A stretch of 64,000 nt of DNA from an uncultured Clostridium sp. (GTDB lineage Bacteria; Bacillota; Clostridia; TANB77; CAG-508), in assembly GCA_900553405.1 (NCBI GenBank), contig USDF01000001.1, forward strand, positions 2,567-66,566. The letters are read 5' to 3'. Positions 50,158-61,633 of the stretch are shown piece by piece. Below the pieces are notes generated by a model. That model saw only the letters and a list, made by a program, of their open reading frames with translations. It was not told the DNA's origin and made no database searches. Position numbers and translations under genes: made by a program. Positions within the stretch are counted from its first letter, which is position 1, and each line of letters opens with the position of its first letter.

Positions 50158-50329
50158 TATAGAAACTTTTGATAAAAAAGCTTAAGATTGTTAAAATATT
50201 AAAAGAATATGATATTTCAAAAATGGGGGCTAAAAAGGACAGCCAATATGAGAAAATTAAAAAAAAGGGGTGTCCCTAATTGAAAAAATTTTCGAAAAAG
50301 GGGCGTCCCTAATAGGAAAGGAAAAGAAA

Positions 50330-51385
50330 ATGATATTAAACGAAACACCTGTAAGAACTTCAAGAAATTTTAATATAAATAATATTAAGTTAGAAAATAT
50401 TGAAGTACCGGAAATAGTACATGAATTTAATAATGTGCAAATAATTAACAATAGTTCTAATTTAAATATAAATGAAAATGTAAGCAATTTTAATCTTGTA
50501 TACGGATTACATGACGACTTAACAAATTTAGTTAAAAATAAGGCAAATAAAAAGATTAAATTACAAGTCAACGAAAATGAAGAAAGCGAAGTTCAAGTAA
50601 AATTTAAATTTGATAAAGATAATATAGAATTAGTTGAAAATATTCAAATTAAAGCAGAAACAAATTCAAAAATGAGTATTATTATAAAATACGAGTCTGA
50701 AGAAGATATAAAAGCATTTCATAATGGAATAATTAATGTAGTAGCAAAAGAAAATGCTACAGTAAATATAGTAATAGTAAATCTTATGAATAAAGTTTCA
50801 AACAATTTTATGAGCATACAAAACAATTTTGAAGAAAATGCTAAGGTTAACTATACTATAGTAGATTTTGGTGGAAAGAATAGTATAACAAATTATTATT
50901 CTAATTTGTTAGGTGATTTTTCAGACAACACTTTAAATACTATCTATTTAGGAAAAGAAGACCAACTATTTGACTTAAATTATATTGCAGAATTACGTGG
51001 CAAAAAAACGAATATAGATATTGAAGTTCAAGGTGCTTTAAAAGATAAAGCTAAAAAGCATTTTAAAGGGACAATAGATTTCAAAAAAGGTTGTAAAAAA
51101 GCTACTGGAAATGAAAATGAAGCATGTATGCTTTTATCTGATACAGCAAAATCTTTAGCTTTGCCAATGCTTCTTTGCTCAGAAGAAGAGGTAGAAGGAA
51201 ATCATTCAAGTTCAGCAGGAAAAATAGGGGAGAAAGAGCTATTTTATATAATGAGTAGAGGTTTTGAACTTAAAGAAGCTATGAAACTAATGGTTAGAGC
51301 AAGATTTAACGAAATATTAGAAAGAATAGAAAATGAAGAATTAAAAAATCAAATTATAGATGAAATTGAGAAAAGGCTAGACTAA
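50330..51385 (+). CDS. sufD: Fe-S cluster assembly protein SufD-like
   Basis: ~351 aa, SufB/D family C-terminal region. Start chosen at the Met with RBS aggaaaggaaaag. Confidence 0.8.
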   Translation: MILNETPVRTSRNFNINNIKLENIEVPEIVHEFNNVQIINNSSNLNINENVSNFNLVYGLHDDLTNLVKNKANKKIKLQVNENEESEVQVKFKFDKDNIELVENIQIKAETNSKMSIIIKYESEEDIKAFHNGIINVVAKENATVNIVIVNLMNKVSNNFMSIQNNFEENAKVNYTIVDFGGKNSITNYYSNLLGDFSDNTLNTIYLGKEDQLFDLNYIAELRGKKTNIDIEVQGALKDKAKKHFKGTIDFKKGCKKATGNENEACMLLSDTAKSLALPMLLCSEEEVEGNHSSSAGKIGEKELFYIMSRGFELKEAMKLMVRARFNEILERIENEELKNQIIDEIEKRLD

Positions 51386-51413
51386 TAAAAATAAGTTGAA
51401 AGGGAAAAGAATA

Positions 51414-51611
51414 ATGAAAAGTTCAAAAGAGTTTATGGACAATTTTATGGAAAACTGGAAAAATATGATTAAGTACCAAGATGTAAAATTGAATCCGATT
51501 GAGCCAAATTATGATGAGTTTGAAAGAGCGTTTAATGAAGAAAAGAAAATAGTAAGTACTCAAGAATGTAGAAAATCTAGAAAAATGATAGAAATAGATG
51601 ATGAAAGATAG
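51414..51611 (+). CDS. small hypothetical protein within suf operon
   Basis: 65-71 aa (alternative start 51396). Confidence 0.4.
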   Translation: MKSSKEFMDNFMENWKNMIKYQDVKLNPIEPNYDEFERAFNEEKKIVSTQECRKSRKMIEIDDER

Positions 51612-51619
51612 AAGGAAGG

Positions 51620-52847
<1,228 letters not shown>

Positions 52848-52886
52848 TTACAATTTTTGAATTGTAAAAGGAGAATAAAATTATAG

Positions 52887-53756
52887 ATGAATATTGATAA
52901 AGAAGAACTAGATCAAGCTTTGAAATTTTATGAAATAGATGATGTAGCATATGCTGATAAGTGCTATAGATGTTTAGAATTTTTAAACAACAATAAAGAA
53001 TTTAAAAACGAAGCAGATAAAGTATATTCTATTTTATATGAAGACACTGAAAATAAAATAGAGGACTTATGGAACTTTCAAGACATTAAAGAATTATTTG
53101 GCGAAGAAAATAATCCTTATATTACTAATATATTAGTACTTAGCGGATATAAAACGCACTTAAATAATATGAAAAAATTCAATTTAGATAGTGAGCAATG
53201 TAAAATTCATAAAATAAGAGTAAAAGAAACACTTACTAATGATATATATCAACGAAAATATGATGGAATACGAATATCTCAAATGATATGGGGAGCATAT
53301 TTTATTAATTTGAAATTAATAGAAGTAGGAAGATTACAATATGAAAAATCTATATTAAACCCCATAACAAAACAAAAAGAAAATTGTATAAAAATACATA
53401 TACCAAGAGGCAATAGTTTAGATGATCAACCGGTTAAAAAATCAATAAAACAATCTAAAACACTAATTGAAAAATATTTTAAACTAAAAGATTATAAATA
53501 TTATTGTAATAGTTGGTTACTAAGTAAACAAATACAAGAATTGTTAGATGAAAATTCGAATATAGCAAAATTTTATAAAATGTTTGATGTAATAGAAGGA
53601 GAAGAATGTACAGCTGATATTTTAAATTTTGTATACAATATCAAAAAATGCGATAATTACAATAACCTAGAAGAAAGCACATCACTACAAAGAAATGTAA
53701 AAAAATTATTAAAAGATGAAATAATGATAAAGACAGGTATAGGAATTTTAAAATAA
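52887..53756 (+). CDS. hypothetical protein inserted between sufS and sufU
   Basis: 289 aa, no confident family assignment. Cys pairs (CYRC) near the N-terminus. Confidence 0.45.
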   Translation: MNIDKEELDQALKFYEIDDVAYADKCYRCLEFLNNNKEFKNEADKVYSILYEDTENKIEDLWNFQDIKELFGEENNPYITNILVLSGYKTHLNNMKKFNLDSEQCKIHKIRVKETLTNDIYQRKYDGIRISQMIWGAYFINLKLIEVGRLQYEKSILNPITKQKENCIKIHIPRGNSLDDQPVKKSIKQSKTLIEKYFKLKDYKYYCNSWLLSKQIQELLDENSNIAKFYKMFDVIEGEECTADILNFVYNIKKCDNYNNLEESTSLQRNVKKLLKDEIMIKTGIGILK

Positions 53757-53786
53757 CAAATAATTAAATAGGGAAAGGAAATAAAA

Positions 53787-54224
53787 ATGGAAGACTTAAC
53801 AGATGTTTATAACGAGCTAATAATGGAACATAGTATGAATTCATATAACAAAAAAGAACTTAAAGATGCAGACTACTGTGAGGTTGGTCATAATCCAAAT
53901 TGTGGAGATGAAATAACACTTGAATTAAAACTAAATGGAGATATAATTGAAGATATGGCTTTTACGGGTCACGGTTGTGCAATTTCTCAAGCATCAACAT
54001 CTATAATGATAGATACACTAAAAGGAAAAACTATAGAAGAAGCAAAAGAGATTGTAAAGACTTTTATAGAAATGATAAAAAGAGAAATAACCGATGAAAA
54101 AGAATTAGAAAAATTAGAAGATGCTATAGCTTTTAGAAATGTAGCTAATATGCCTGCCAGAGTAAAATGTGCACTTTTAGCATGGCATACGATTGAAGAT
54201 ATATTAAATAAAGATTGTCAATAG
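53787..54224 (+). CDS. sufU: SufU/NifU-like Fe-S (zinc-dependent sulfurtransferase) scaffold
   Basis: HNPNCGDE ... GHGCAISQAS ... C-terminal Cys motifs. Confidence 0.85.
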   Translation: MEDLTDVYNELIMEHSMNSYNKKELKDADYCEVGHNPNCGDEITLELKLNGDIIEDMAFTGHGCAISQASTSIMIDTLKGKTIEEAKEIVKTFIEMIKREITDEKELEKLEDAIAFRNVANMPARVKCALLAWHTIEDILNKDCQ

Positions 54225-54250
54225 GAACGCTCTTATTGACAATCTTTATT
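54215..54250 (+). terminator. rho-independent terminator (near-identical hairpin to 5529-5561)
   Basis: ttgtcaatagga-acgc-tcttattgacaa + TCTTTATTT. Confidence 0.75.
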
Positions 54251-54477
54251 TAGTTAAAAAACAATTTTTACATTAATTAAAAGTATAAAGTGTTTTTTTA
54301 TGTTACACTTTGAATAAATATATAAACCAAAGGCATTGTAAAAATTATGTAAATATGATACAATTGTATTGTAATTTTTTGCAAGGAAAATTATGGTAGG
54401 TTGCTAACACCTATAGTATATAATTTTCAAAGCAAACTACAAAACACTATTTATTATTTAATAATGGAGGATATTTT

Positions 54478-55845
54478 ATGAATCTAAGAGAAAAAATTTA
54501 CCATCGGACTCATTTAAGAGAAGTAAAACATACAACTCTTAATCCTTATGGACCTGGTGTGGTACGTATACATTTAGTACCGCCGAGACCACAAAATGAA
54601 TTGGCACCTAGTGTAGCTATTTTAAACGGAAAGGATATCTTGCCAATTAATTCTTCTTGGGCTATTCTTCTTTCTGAATTTATTGACCAACTCAATAAAT
54701 TCAATGGTCATGAAATTACAAAAGAAGATTTAAGAATTGTTCGGGACAGAACTTTAATTGAAGTACGCAAGATTTATCCAAAAGTGAAAAAAGAAAGGTT
54801 GCAAAAAGACCTTTCCATAATTATCGAGACTCTGTGTAGTATTGCATATGGTGAGACTCCTAAAGTGGATATTCCATATATGACTATTGGTGAATATGCT
54901 CAATACATGAATGCACCTCACAGAATGGATTTAATGATTAGTAGCATGTCAAAAAATGGAGTATGGCATTGCAACCAAAAGTGTGTAAATTGCTATGCAG
55001 CAGGACAGCACAATGCTATCGTTTCCGAAATTTCAACTGAAGAATGGAAAACTATTATTGACAAATGTAGGAAAGTTTATATTCCTCAGCTTACATTTAC
55101 AGGAGGAGAGCCTACCATGAGAAATGATTTAGTAGAACTAATAGACTATTCTCGTTGGTTTGTTACTCGGCTTAATACTAATGGTCAATTGCTTTCTAAA
55201 GAATTGTGTAAGCAGCTTTATGAAGCAAGTTTAGATAGTATTCAAATAACTCTTTATTCTTCAAAAGAAGATGAACATGAGCAATTAATCGGAAATTGTC
55301 ATGGTGCTTTTGAAAAAACTGTGCAAGGGATAAAAAATGCTTTAGCAGCAGGTCTGAATGTAAGCGTAAATACGCCATTGTGCAAGGTAAACCCTAATTA
55401 TGTAGAAACTCTTAAGTTTTTACATGAACTTGGCGTAAAATACGTGTCTTGCTCTGGTATTATCTTTACTGGAAATGCAAGAAATCCATCTGCTAAAATG
55501 CAACAAATGTCGGAAGATGATCTTTATTCTGTACTGAAAGCAGCTACAAAGTATTGTAAAGAAACTCATATGGAAATTGCATTTACATCTCCTGGATTGG
55601 TTTCTGAAGAAAGATTACGCAAACTTGGCATTGAAGTTCCAACGTGTGGAGCTAGTATGAGCAATATGGCAATTGCCCCTAATGGGGACGTAGTGCCTTG
55701 CCAAAGTTGGCTTAATGAAAATTCTTCACTTGGTAACATGTTAACAGATTCTTGGAAAAAGATTTGGAATGCACCTCTTTGTTTGAGTACAAGAGAATTT
55801 GCAGCTAAACTTGAGTACAAATGTCCATTAAGACAAGGATTTTAA
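54478..55845 (+). CDS. radical SAM enzyme with C-terminal SPASM/twitch domain and ~150-aa N-terminal extension
   Basis: CNQKCVNC (CX3CX2C) at residues ~163-170. GGEPTM glycine-rich motif. C-terminal CGASMSNMAIAPNGDVVPC and further Cys residues typical of SPASM auxiliary clusters. Confidence 0.75.
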   Translation: MNLREKIYHRTHLREVKHTTLNPYGPGVVRIHLVPPRPQNELAPSVAILNGKDILPINSSWAILLSEFIDQLNKFNGHEITKEDLRIVRDRTLIEVRKIYPKVKKERLQKDLSIIIETLCSIAYGETPKVDIPYMTIGEYAQYMNAPHRMDLMISSMSKNGVWHCNQKCVNCYAAGQHNAIVSEISTEEWKTIIDKCRKVYIPQLTFTGGEPTMRNDLVELIDYSRWFVTRLNTNGQLLSKELCKQLYEASLDSIQITLYSSKEDEHEQLIGNCHGAFEKTVQGIKNALAAGLNVSVNTPLCKVNPNYVETLKFLHELGVKYVSCSGIIFTGNARNPSAKMQQMSEDDLYSVLKAATKYCKETHMEIAFTSPGLVSEERLRKLGIEVPTCGASMSNMAIAPNGDVVPCQSWLNENSSLGNMLTDSWKKIWNAPLCLSTREFAAKLEYKCPLRQGF

Positions 55846-55859
55846 GAAAGGAAATAGCT

Positions 55860-56813
55860 ATGAGAAAATTTAAGAGATTTTTTGCATTTTTATTTTTAAT
55901 AGCAATTTGTATTCTTGCTATACCTAATAAAGTGTTTGCCAAAGAGCCACTGGATGAAATTCAAGATTATGAGTTGATCGTTGACATGCGGAATGATGGA
56001 ACAATGGATATCAAGTATCATATTGAGTGGAAGGTTTTAGACGATTCGTCTGAAGGACCACTTTCTTGGGTAAAAATTGGAATTCCGAATAAGCACGTTG
56101 ATGAGATACAGGCGAGTAGCAGTAATATAAACGAAATCAAGTATATGGCTGAGTCAGGCAAAACATATATAAAGGTTCATTTTGATCGTGAATATTATGC
56201 TAATGAAATTATAAGTTTTGATTTTTCAATTCATCAATCACATATGTATGTAATAGATGAAGAAGATCATTTGCTTAGATATTCATTTACACCTGGTTGG
56301 TTTGATGAAATTGAAGTTAAAAATATTGTAATAAGATGGAATGACTTTAATGTCATTAAAAGCAATTCTAAACAATCAGAGAACGGATATCTAGTATGGA
56401 ACTCTTCATTATCATATGGAGAAAAGATAAATGCTTCCGTTTCATATAATTTAGATGCTTTTAACACCAATAAAGCGGAGCAATACAAGGAAAATGAAAG
56501 CACTGTAAATGAAACGACAGTTATTTTAGTCGTTGGTGTAATTTTTTTAGTGATTGTTGTTATTGCATTACTTATATATTTGTCAAGAGATGATTATGAT
56601 AATCATAGCGGTTTTGGAGGTGGTGGAACAGTTTATCACAGCACATATATACACCATTCTTCATGTGCAAGTCGTAGTTCTTGTGTAAGCCATTGTGCAT
56701 GTGCATGCGCTTGTGCTGGTGGTGGAAGAGCGGGTTGCTCTAAAAAAGATTTTTATGCTACAAAATTGAACTCCAATATGATTCAGGAGGTCCTTAAAGA
56801 AGATTTAAAATAA
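55860..56813 (+). CDS. membrane protein: signal peptide, ~190-aa extracytoplasmic domain, one TM, Gly/Cys/His-rich cytoplasmic tail (…HHSSCASRSSCVSHCACACACAGGGRAGCS…)
   Basis: Start at the Met with RBS aaggaaatag. Cleavable signal peptide MRKFKRFFAFLFLIAICILAIPNKVFA. TM helix VILVVGVIFLVIVVIALLIYL. The tail is encoded by unusually GC-rich tgtgcatgtgcatgcgcttgtgct. Architecture reminiscent of DUF2207-type proteins (uncertain). Confidence 0.6.
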   Translation: MRKFKRFFAFLFLIAICILAIPNKVFAKEPLDEIQDYELIVDMRNDGTMDIKYHIEWKVLDDSSEGPLSWVKIGIPNKHVDEIQASSSNINEIKYMAESGKTYIKVHFDREYYANEIISFDFSIHQSHMYVIDEEDHLLRYSFTPGWFDEIEVKNIVIRWNDFNVIKSNSKQSENGYLVWNSSLSYGEKINASVSYNLDAFNTNKAEQYKENESTVNETTVILVVGVIFLVIVVIALLIYLSRDDYDNHSGFGGGGTVYHSTYIHHSSCASRSSCVSHCACACACAGGGRAGCSKKDFYATKLNSNMIQEVLKEDLK

Positions 56814-56825
56814 AAAGTGTTTCGT

Positions 56826-56866
56826 ATTAAAAATAGCACTCGTTTAATAACGAGTGCTATTTTCAT
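56826..56866. terminator. bidirectional terminator hairpin
   Basis: aaatagcactcgtt-aata-acgagtgctattt. Confidence 0.75.
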
Positions 56867-56929
56867 ATTTAATTTTTTAATCATAAAACATTTTAGAATA
56901 AATTTTATGATTTCAATCATTAACAGCAA

Positions 56930-57502
56930 TTATTTATTATTGCTGTATTCTGCTAAAGTAGGCCACTTTGTATCTTTATCTGAAAAAATAAGTTTTTTGA
57001 ATCCACCCACTTCTTCAATAGGCCAGTTAATTTCAAGTGCAGGATCATTCCAAATAAGTCCGCCTTCATCTCCAGGTTGATAAAACTTGTTAACTTTGTA
57101 TGCAAAAATAGCTTCATCAGATGTTACTAAAAAGCCATGTGCAAAGTTTTCAGGAATGAAAAACTGACGATTGTTGTCTCCTGTAAGTAATACTCCGTAA
57201 GCCTTTCCATAAGTAGGTGAATCTTTTCTTAAATCAACAGCTACATCATAAACAGCTCCTTTAACAACTCTAACAAGCTTTGCCTGAGAAAATTCACCAT
57301 TTTGGAAGTGTAACCCTCTTATTACTCCTTTTTTAGAACAAGATTGGTTATCCTGTATAAAAGTACAATTAATTCCGATTTCTTCGAAATCTCTCTGAGA
57401 GTATGTTTCCATGAAGTAACCCCTGCTGTCACCATGTCTTGTAGTTTCAACAACTTTTAATCCTTCAATACCTGTTTCTTCAACAATTTTTACCTGTCCC
57501 AT
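56930..57502 (-). CDS. rfbC: dTDP-4-dehydrorhamnose 3,5-epimerase
   Basis: 190 aa cupin. Matches the RmlC family (HGDSRGYFMETY, GLHFQ, FIPENFAHGF). Confidence 0.85.
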   Translation of the reverse strand: MGQVKIVEETGIEGLKVVETTRHGDSRGYFMETYSQRDFEEIGINCTFIQDNQSCSKKGVIRGLHFQNGEFSQAKLVRVVKGAVYDVAVDLRKDSPTYGKAYGVLLTGDNNRQFFIPENFAHGFLVTSDEAIFAYKVNKFYQPGDEGGLIWNDPALEINWPIEEVGGFKKLIFSDKDTKWPTLAEYSNNK

Positions 57503-57723
57503 TTATCGGTCCTCCTTTAATTTTTTCTTTACAAAACAATTGTAAAGTATATTTAATTAAGTAACATAAATATTATATCATATATTTCATATATTGCAAT
57601 AGTAGAATTTGTAGAAAAATATGTAAAAATAACAATATAATAAATTCACTTATTTTTTAGTGGCTTGTATTTTTTTATTTTTTTTAGTATTATATATAGA
57701 GAGATACAAAGGAGTGTGAAGTT

Positions 57724-58843
57724 ATGTTAGATTTTGATGAAAACAAAAGAATTTTAAATCAATTAAACGGAAAATTAAAAGAATTGGGTGAATCTCTTTG
57801 AAATATCTAACTTAGAAATTAGATTAAAAGATTTAGAAAGTAAAACAAATGATGCCTCTTTTTGGGAAGATTCACAAAATTCAACAAAAATATTAAAAGA
57901 AATAAATGAAATAAAGGCTAAAATACATACGTACAATAATATAAAAAATAATTTACAAAACGTAATTCAAATGAACGATTTAATACAAGAAGAAAAAGAA
58001 GAAAGCTTGGAAGAAGAACTAAAAGATTCTATAAAAAATTTGCAAAAGGAAATTGACAAACTAGAAATAAATACATTATTATCTGGAAAATATGATAAAA
58101 ACAATGCAATTTTGACTATTCATCCTGGAGCAGGAGGAACAGAAAGTTGTGATTGGGCTCAAATGTTATATAGAATGTATACAAGATGGGCTTTAGACAA
58201 TGGATATGAAGTAAAAGAATTAGATTATTTAGATGGTGAAGAAGCAGGTTTGAAAAGTGTTACATTTTTAGTTAAAGGTTTATATGCATATGGATATTTA
58301 AAAGGAGAAATGGGTGTACATAGGTTAGTAAGGATATCACCATTTGATAGTGGAGGAAGAAGACATACTTCTTTTGCTTCATTAGAAGTTTTACCAGAAA
58401 TCTCTGAAGATATTGAAATAAATATAAATCCAGATGACCTAAGAGTTGACACTTATAGAGCTTCAGGAGCAGGAGGGCAACACGTTAACAAAACATCATC
58501 TGCGGTTCGTATTACACATATTCCAACAAACATAGTAGTATCTTGTCAATCTGAACGTTCACAAATTCAAAATAGAGATACAGCTATGAAAATGTTGAAA
58601 TCAAAGCTTTTGAATTTAAAAGAAAAAGAACATAAAGATAAAATAGAAGATTTAAAGGGAAATCAAATGGATATAGCATGGGGAAGTCAAATACGTTCAT
58701 ATGTATTTTGCCCATACACAATGGTAAAAGACCACAGAACTAATTATGAGGTAGGAAATATACAAGGCGTGATGGATGGAGACTTAAATGATTTTATGGA
58801 TGCATATTTAAAAATGGAAAGTAAATCACAAAATAAAGAATAG
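57724..58843 (+). CDS. prfB: peptide chain release factor 2, with programmed +1 ribosomal frameshift at CTT TGA (~57794-57800)
   Basis: Frame 0 from ATG 57724 reads MLDFDENKRILNQLNGKLKELGESL then in-frame TGA. The +1 frame continues ...EISNLEIRLKDLES... through the SPF and GGQ motif (RASGAGGQHVNKT). An SD-like GGGUGA sits upstream of the shift site. Confidence 0.9.
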
Positions 58844-58931
58844 TTTTTATTCTTTATTTTTTTGTTCTAAAATAGACAAGACCTGAATATATATATTTAT
58901 ATAACAAAAACAAGAGAAGGGAAGAGGTACT

Positions 58932-59234
58932 ATGGCATTGGAAGATAGAAAAATGCAATCAAATAATATGAATGTAATTCAAAATTTAGTATTAGAAAAT
59001 AGAGAAAAACTTAGCATTTCTGGAGTTTTAGATGTGCTTAGTTTCGACGATCAAGTAGTAATAGTTGAAACAGAATTAGGACTTCTTACGATAAAGGGAG
59101 AAAATTTAAGAATTAATAAATTAAGTATAGATACTTCAGAAGTTATAGTTGAAGGCGAAATATATAATTTAGCATATAGTGAAAATGATATGGATAAAAA
59201 ATCAGGAGGAATATTTAATAAAATATTTAAATAA
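58932..59234 (+). CDS. yabP: sporulation protein YabP
   Basis: 100 aa. Family assignment recalled from memory; yabP-yabQ-divIC synteny. Confidence 0.75.
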   Translation: MALEDRKMQSNNMNVIQNLVLENREKLSISGVLDVLSFDDQVVIVETELGLLTIKGENLRINKLSIDTSEVIVEGEIYNLAYSENDMDKKSGGIFNKIFK

Positions 59235-59258
59235 AACTTAAAATTAGAAGGTGATAAT

Positions 59259-59750
59259 TTGGAAAATGGAATATTAATGCAATTATACTCTATGTTAGTT
59301 TTTATTATTAGCGGTATATTTATAGGTATATTTTTCGACATATTTCGTATACTTAGAAAATCTTTTCATACTCCAGATATTATTACATATATAGAGGATG
59401 CTCTATTTTGGCTTATTACAGGTTTATTTTTAATATTTGTTATATTTAATTTTACTAATGGAGAAATACGAATTTATAATATCATTGGATTAATTTTAGG
59501 TAGTCTTTTATACATGATTTTAATAAGTAAAATCTTTATAAAAATTAATGTTAAAATTGTTTTATTCATAAAAAAAATCGTAACAAGTATAGTAAAAATA
59601 TTAATAATACCAATACAATTTCTTGCTAAAATTCTACAAAAAATATTTAAGCCTTTTACATTTTTCGTCATTAATACAAAGAATATATTATTAAATTTCA
59701 AAAAAAGTAAAAATAATAAGAAAAAACATCTAGAAAAAGAAGGATTTTAG
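59259..59750 (+). CDS. yabQ: spore cortex biosynthesis membrane protein YabQ
   Basis: 163 aa multi-TM protein directly after yabP. Confidence 0.65.
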   Translation: MENGILMQLYSMLVFIISGIFIGIFFDIFRILRKSFHTPDIITYIEDALFWLITGLFLIFVIFNFTNGEIRIYNIIGLILGSLLYMILISKIFIKINVKIVLFIKKIVTSIVKILIIPIQFLAKILQKIFKPFTFFVINTKNILLNFKKSKNNKKKHLEKEGF

Positions 59751-59822
59751 AAATAAATGTAGAAAAATATAAATAGAGCATATTTTGTAGACAAAAGAAA
59801 ACATTAGAGAGAGAGTAAACTT

Positions 59823-60098
59823 ATGAAAATAATAAAAAATATAATAAAAAAAATATTATTAATTGCTGTTGGCATATATATAATTAGTATATTTATTTCT
59901 CAACAACAACTTTTAAATACATACCAAAAAGAAATAGGAAAGTACGAAACTCAAAAACAAGAAGCTGAAGAAACAAAAGAATCTTTAGTTGCTATGAAAG
60001 ACAACGTAAATTCACCAGAATATATTGAAGAAATTGCTAGAGAAAAATTAGGAATGTACTTACCTAATGAAAGAGTTTATATTGATATTGGAAAATAG
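59823..60098 (+). CDS. divIC: septum formation initiator DivIC/FtsB family
   Basis: 91 aa: N-terminal TM, then a coiled coil (QQQLLNTYQKEIGKYETQKQEAEETKE) and the C-terminal EKLGMYLPNERVY motif. Confidence 0.75.
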   Translation: MKIIKNIIKKILLIAVGIYIISIFISQQQLLNTYQKEIGKYETQKQEAEETKESLVAMKDNVNSPEYIEEIAREKLGMYLPNERVYIDIGK

Positions 60099-60256
60099 TG
60101 GAAAAAAAGAGGAATATTTTACCTCTTTTTTCTTTACTTATTCGTAATTTTATAGTATAATATATACATATTCTATCAGAATAATTTATTTTTTCTTTTT
60201 AAATACCAAAAAATAAAAATGAAATTAAAATTAAATAAAAAAGGGGGCTAAAATTT

Positions 60257-61633
60257 ATGAATTTAGAAGATGCTACTTTAGTAGAATTGCGTCAACTAGC
60301 CAAAGAAAGGGATATTAAAAATGTATCCAAATTAAAAAAGGAAGAATTAATTGAAATTCTTGAAAATAAAACAAATAAATCAAATGAAATAGATGAGAAT
60401 ACAGAGAAAAATAATACTCCAAGAAGATTTTATCCTTTAGTAAACGAGGAAATCACTCCTGAAGGTCCAGAGTTAGAAGCAGGGGAAGGATATAAATTAA
60501 CAAGTGAAGATGATAGAATCGTTCAAGGTGTATTAGAAATCTTACCTGATGGTTATGGATTTTTAAGAGGAGAAAATTACTTATCTACACCTAAAGATAT
60601 TTATGTTTCACCTATACAAATTAGAAGATTTAAATTAGATAAAGGAGACAAAATAAAAGGAATTGCCAGACTTCCAAAAGAAGGAGAAAAATTTCCTGCA
60701 TTAATATTTGTTGGTGAAGTTAATGGTGAAGCACCTGAAAAGGCCTATAGACGTATAAAATTTGATGACTTAACACCAATATATCCTGAGGAAAAATTAC
60801 GTTTAGAAACAACTCCAAACGAATACGCAATGAGAATGATAGATTTAATTTCTCCAATTGGTAAGGGCCAAAGAGGGCAAATAGTTGCTCCTCCAAAAGT
60901 AGGAAAGACTACATTACTTAAAAAAATAGCAAATAGTATAAGTACTAATAATCCTGAAGTTGAACTTATTGTTCTTCTTATAGATGAAAGACCAGAAGAA
61001 GTTACAGATATGAAACGATCAATAAAAGGTGAAGTTATATATTCTACATTTGATGAAGTACCTGAAAATCATGTAAAAGTTGCTGAAATGGTATTAGAAA
61101 GAGCAAAAAGACTTGTTGAACACAAAAAAGATGTTGTTATTTTATTAGATAGTATAACAAGACTTGCAAGAGCTTACAACCTAGTTGTTCCTTCATCTGG
61201 AAGAACATTATCTGGAGGTCTTGATCCTGCATCACTACATAAACCAAAAAAATTCTTTGGTGCAGCAAGAAATATAGAAAATGGGGGAAGCCTTACAATA
61301 TTAGCTACTTCATTAATTGAAACAGGCAGTAGAATGGACGATGTAATCTTCGAAGAATTTAAGGGAACAGGTAATATGGAAGTACATTTAAATAGAGCAC
61401 TTTCAGAAAAGAGAATTTTCCCAGCAATAGATATAAATAAATCTGGAACAAGAAAAGAAGAAAAATTATTAACTAAAAAAGAACTAGAAACAGTATTTGC
61501 ATTAAGAAAAGCATTATCTAAAATGCCTACAGAAGATGTTACAGAAACAATAATAAATCAAATGATTACAACTAAAAATAATAGAGAATTTATAGATAAA
61601 ATAGATAGTTTCTTATATAAATTTAAAGATTAA
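60257..61633 (+). CDS. rho: transcription termination factor Rho
   Basis: N-terminal Rho_N ([28 protein letters not shown]), CSD-like RNA-binding domain, RecA-like ATPase ([12 protein letters not shown]). Confidence 0.95.
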   Translation: MNLEDATLVELRQLAKERDIKNVSKLKKEELIEILENKTNKSNEIDENTEKNNTPRRFYPLVNEEITPEGPELEAGEGYKLTSEDDRIVQGVLEILPDGYGFLRGENYLSTPKDIYVSPIQIRRFKLDKGDKIKGIARLPKEGEKFPALIFVGEVNGEAPEKAYRRIKFDDLTPIYPEEKLRLETTPNEYAMRMIDLISPIGKGQRGQIVAPPKVGKTTLLKKIANSISTNNPEVELIVLLIDERPEEVTDMKRSIKGEVIYSTFDEVPENHVKVAEMVLERAKRLVEHKKDVVILLDSITRLARAYNLVVPSSGRTLSGGLDPASLHKPKKFFGAARNIENGGSLTILATSLIETGSRMDDVIFEEFKGTGNMEVHLNRALSEKRIFPAIDINKSGTRKEEKLLTKKELETVFALRKALSKMPTEDVTETIINQMITTKNNREFIDKIDSFLYKFKD

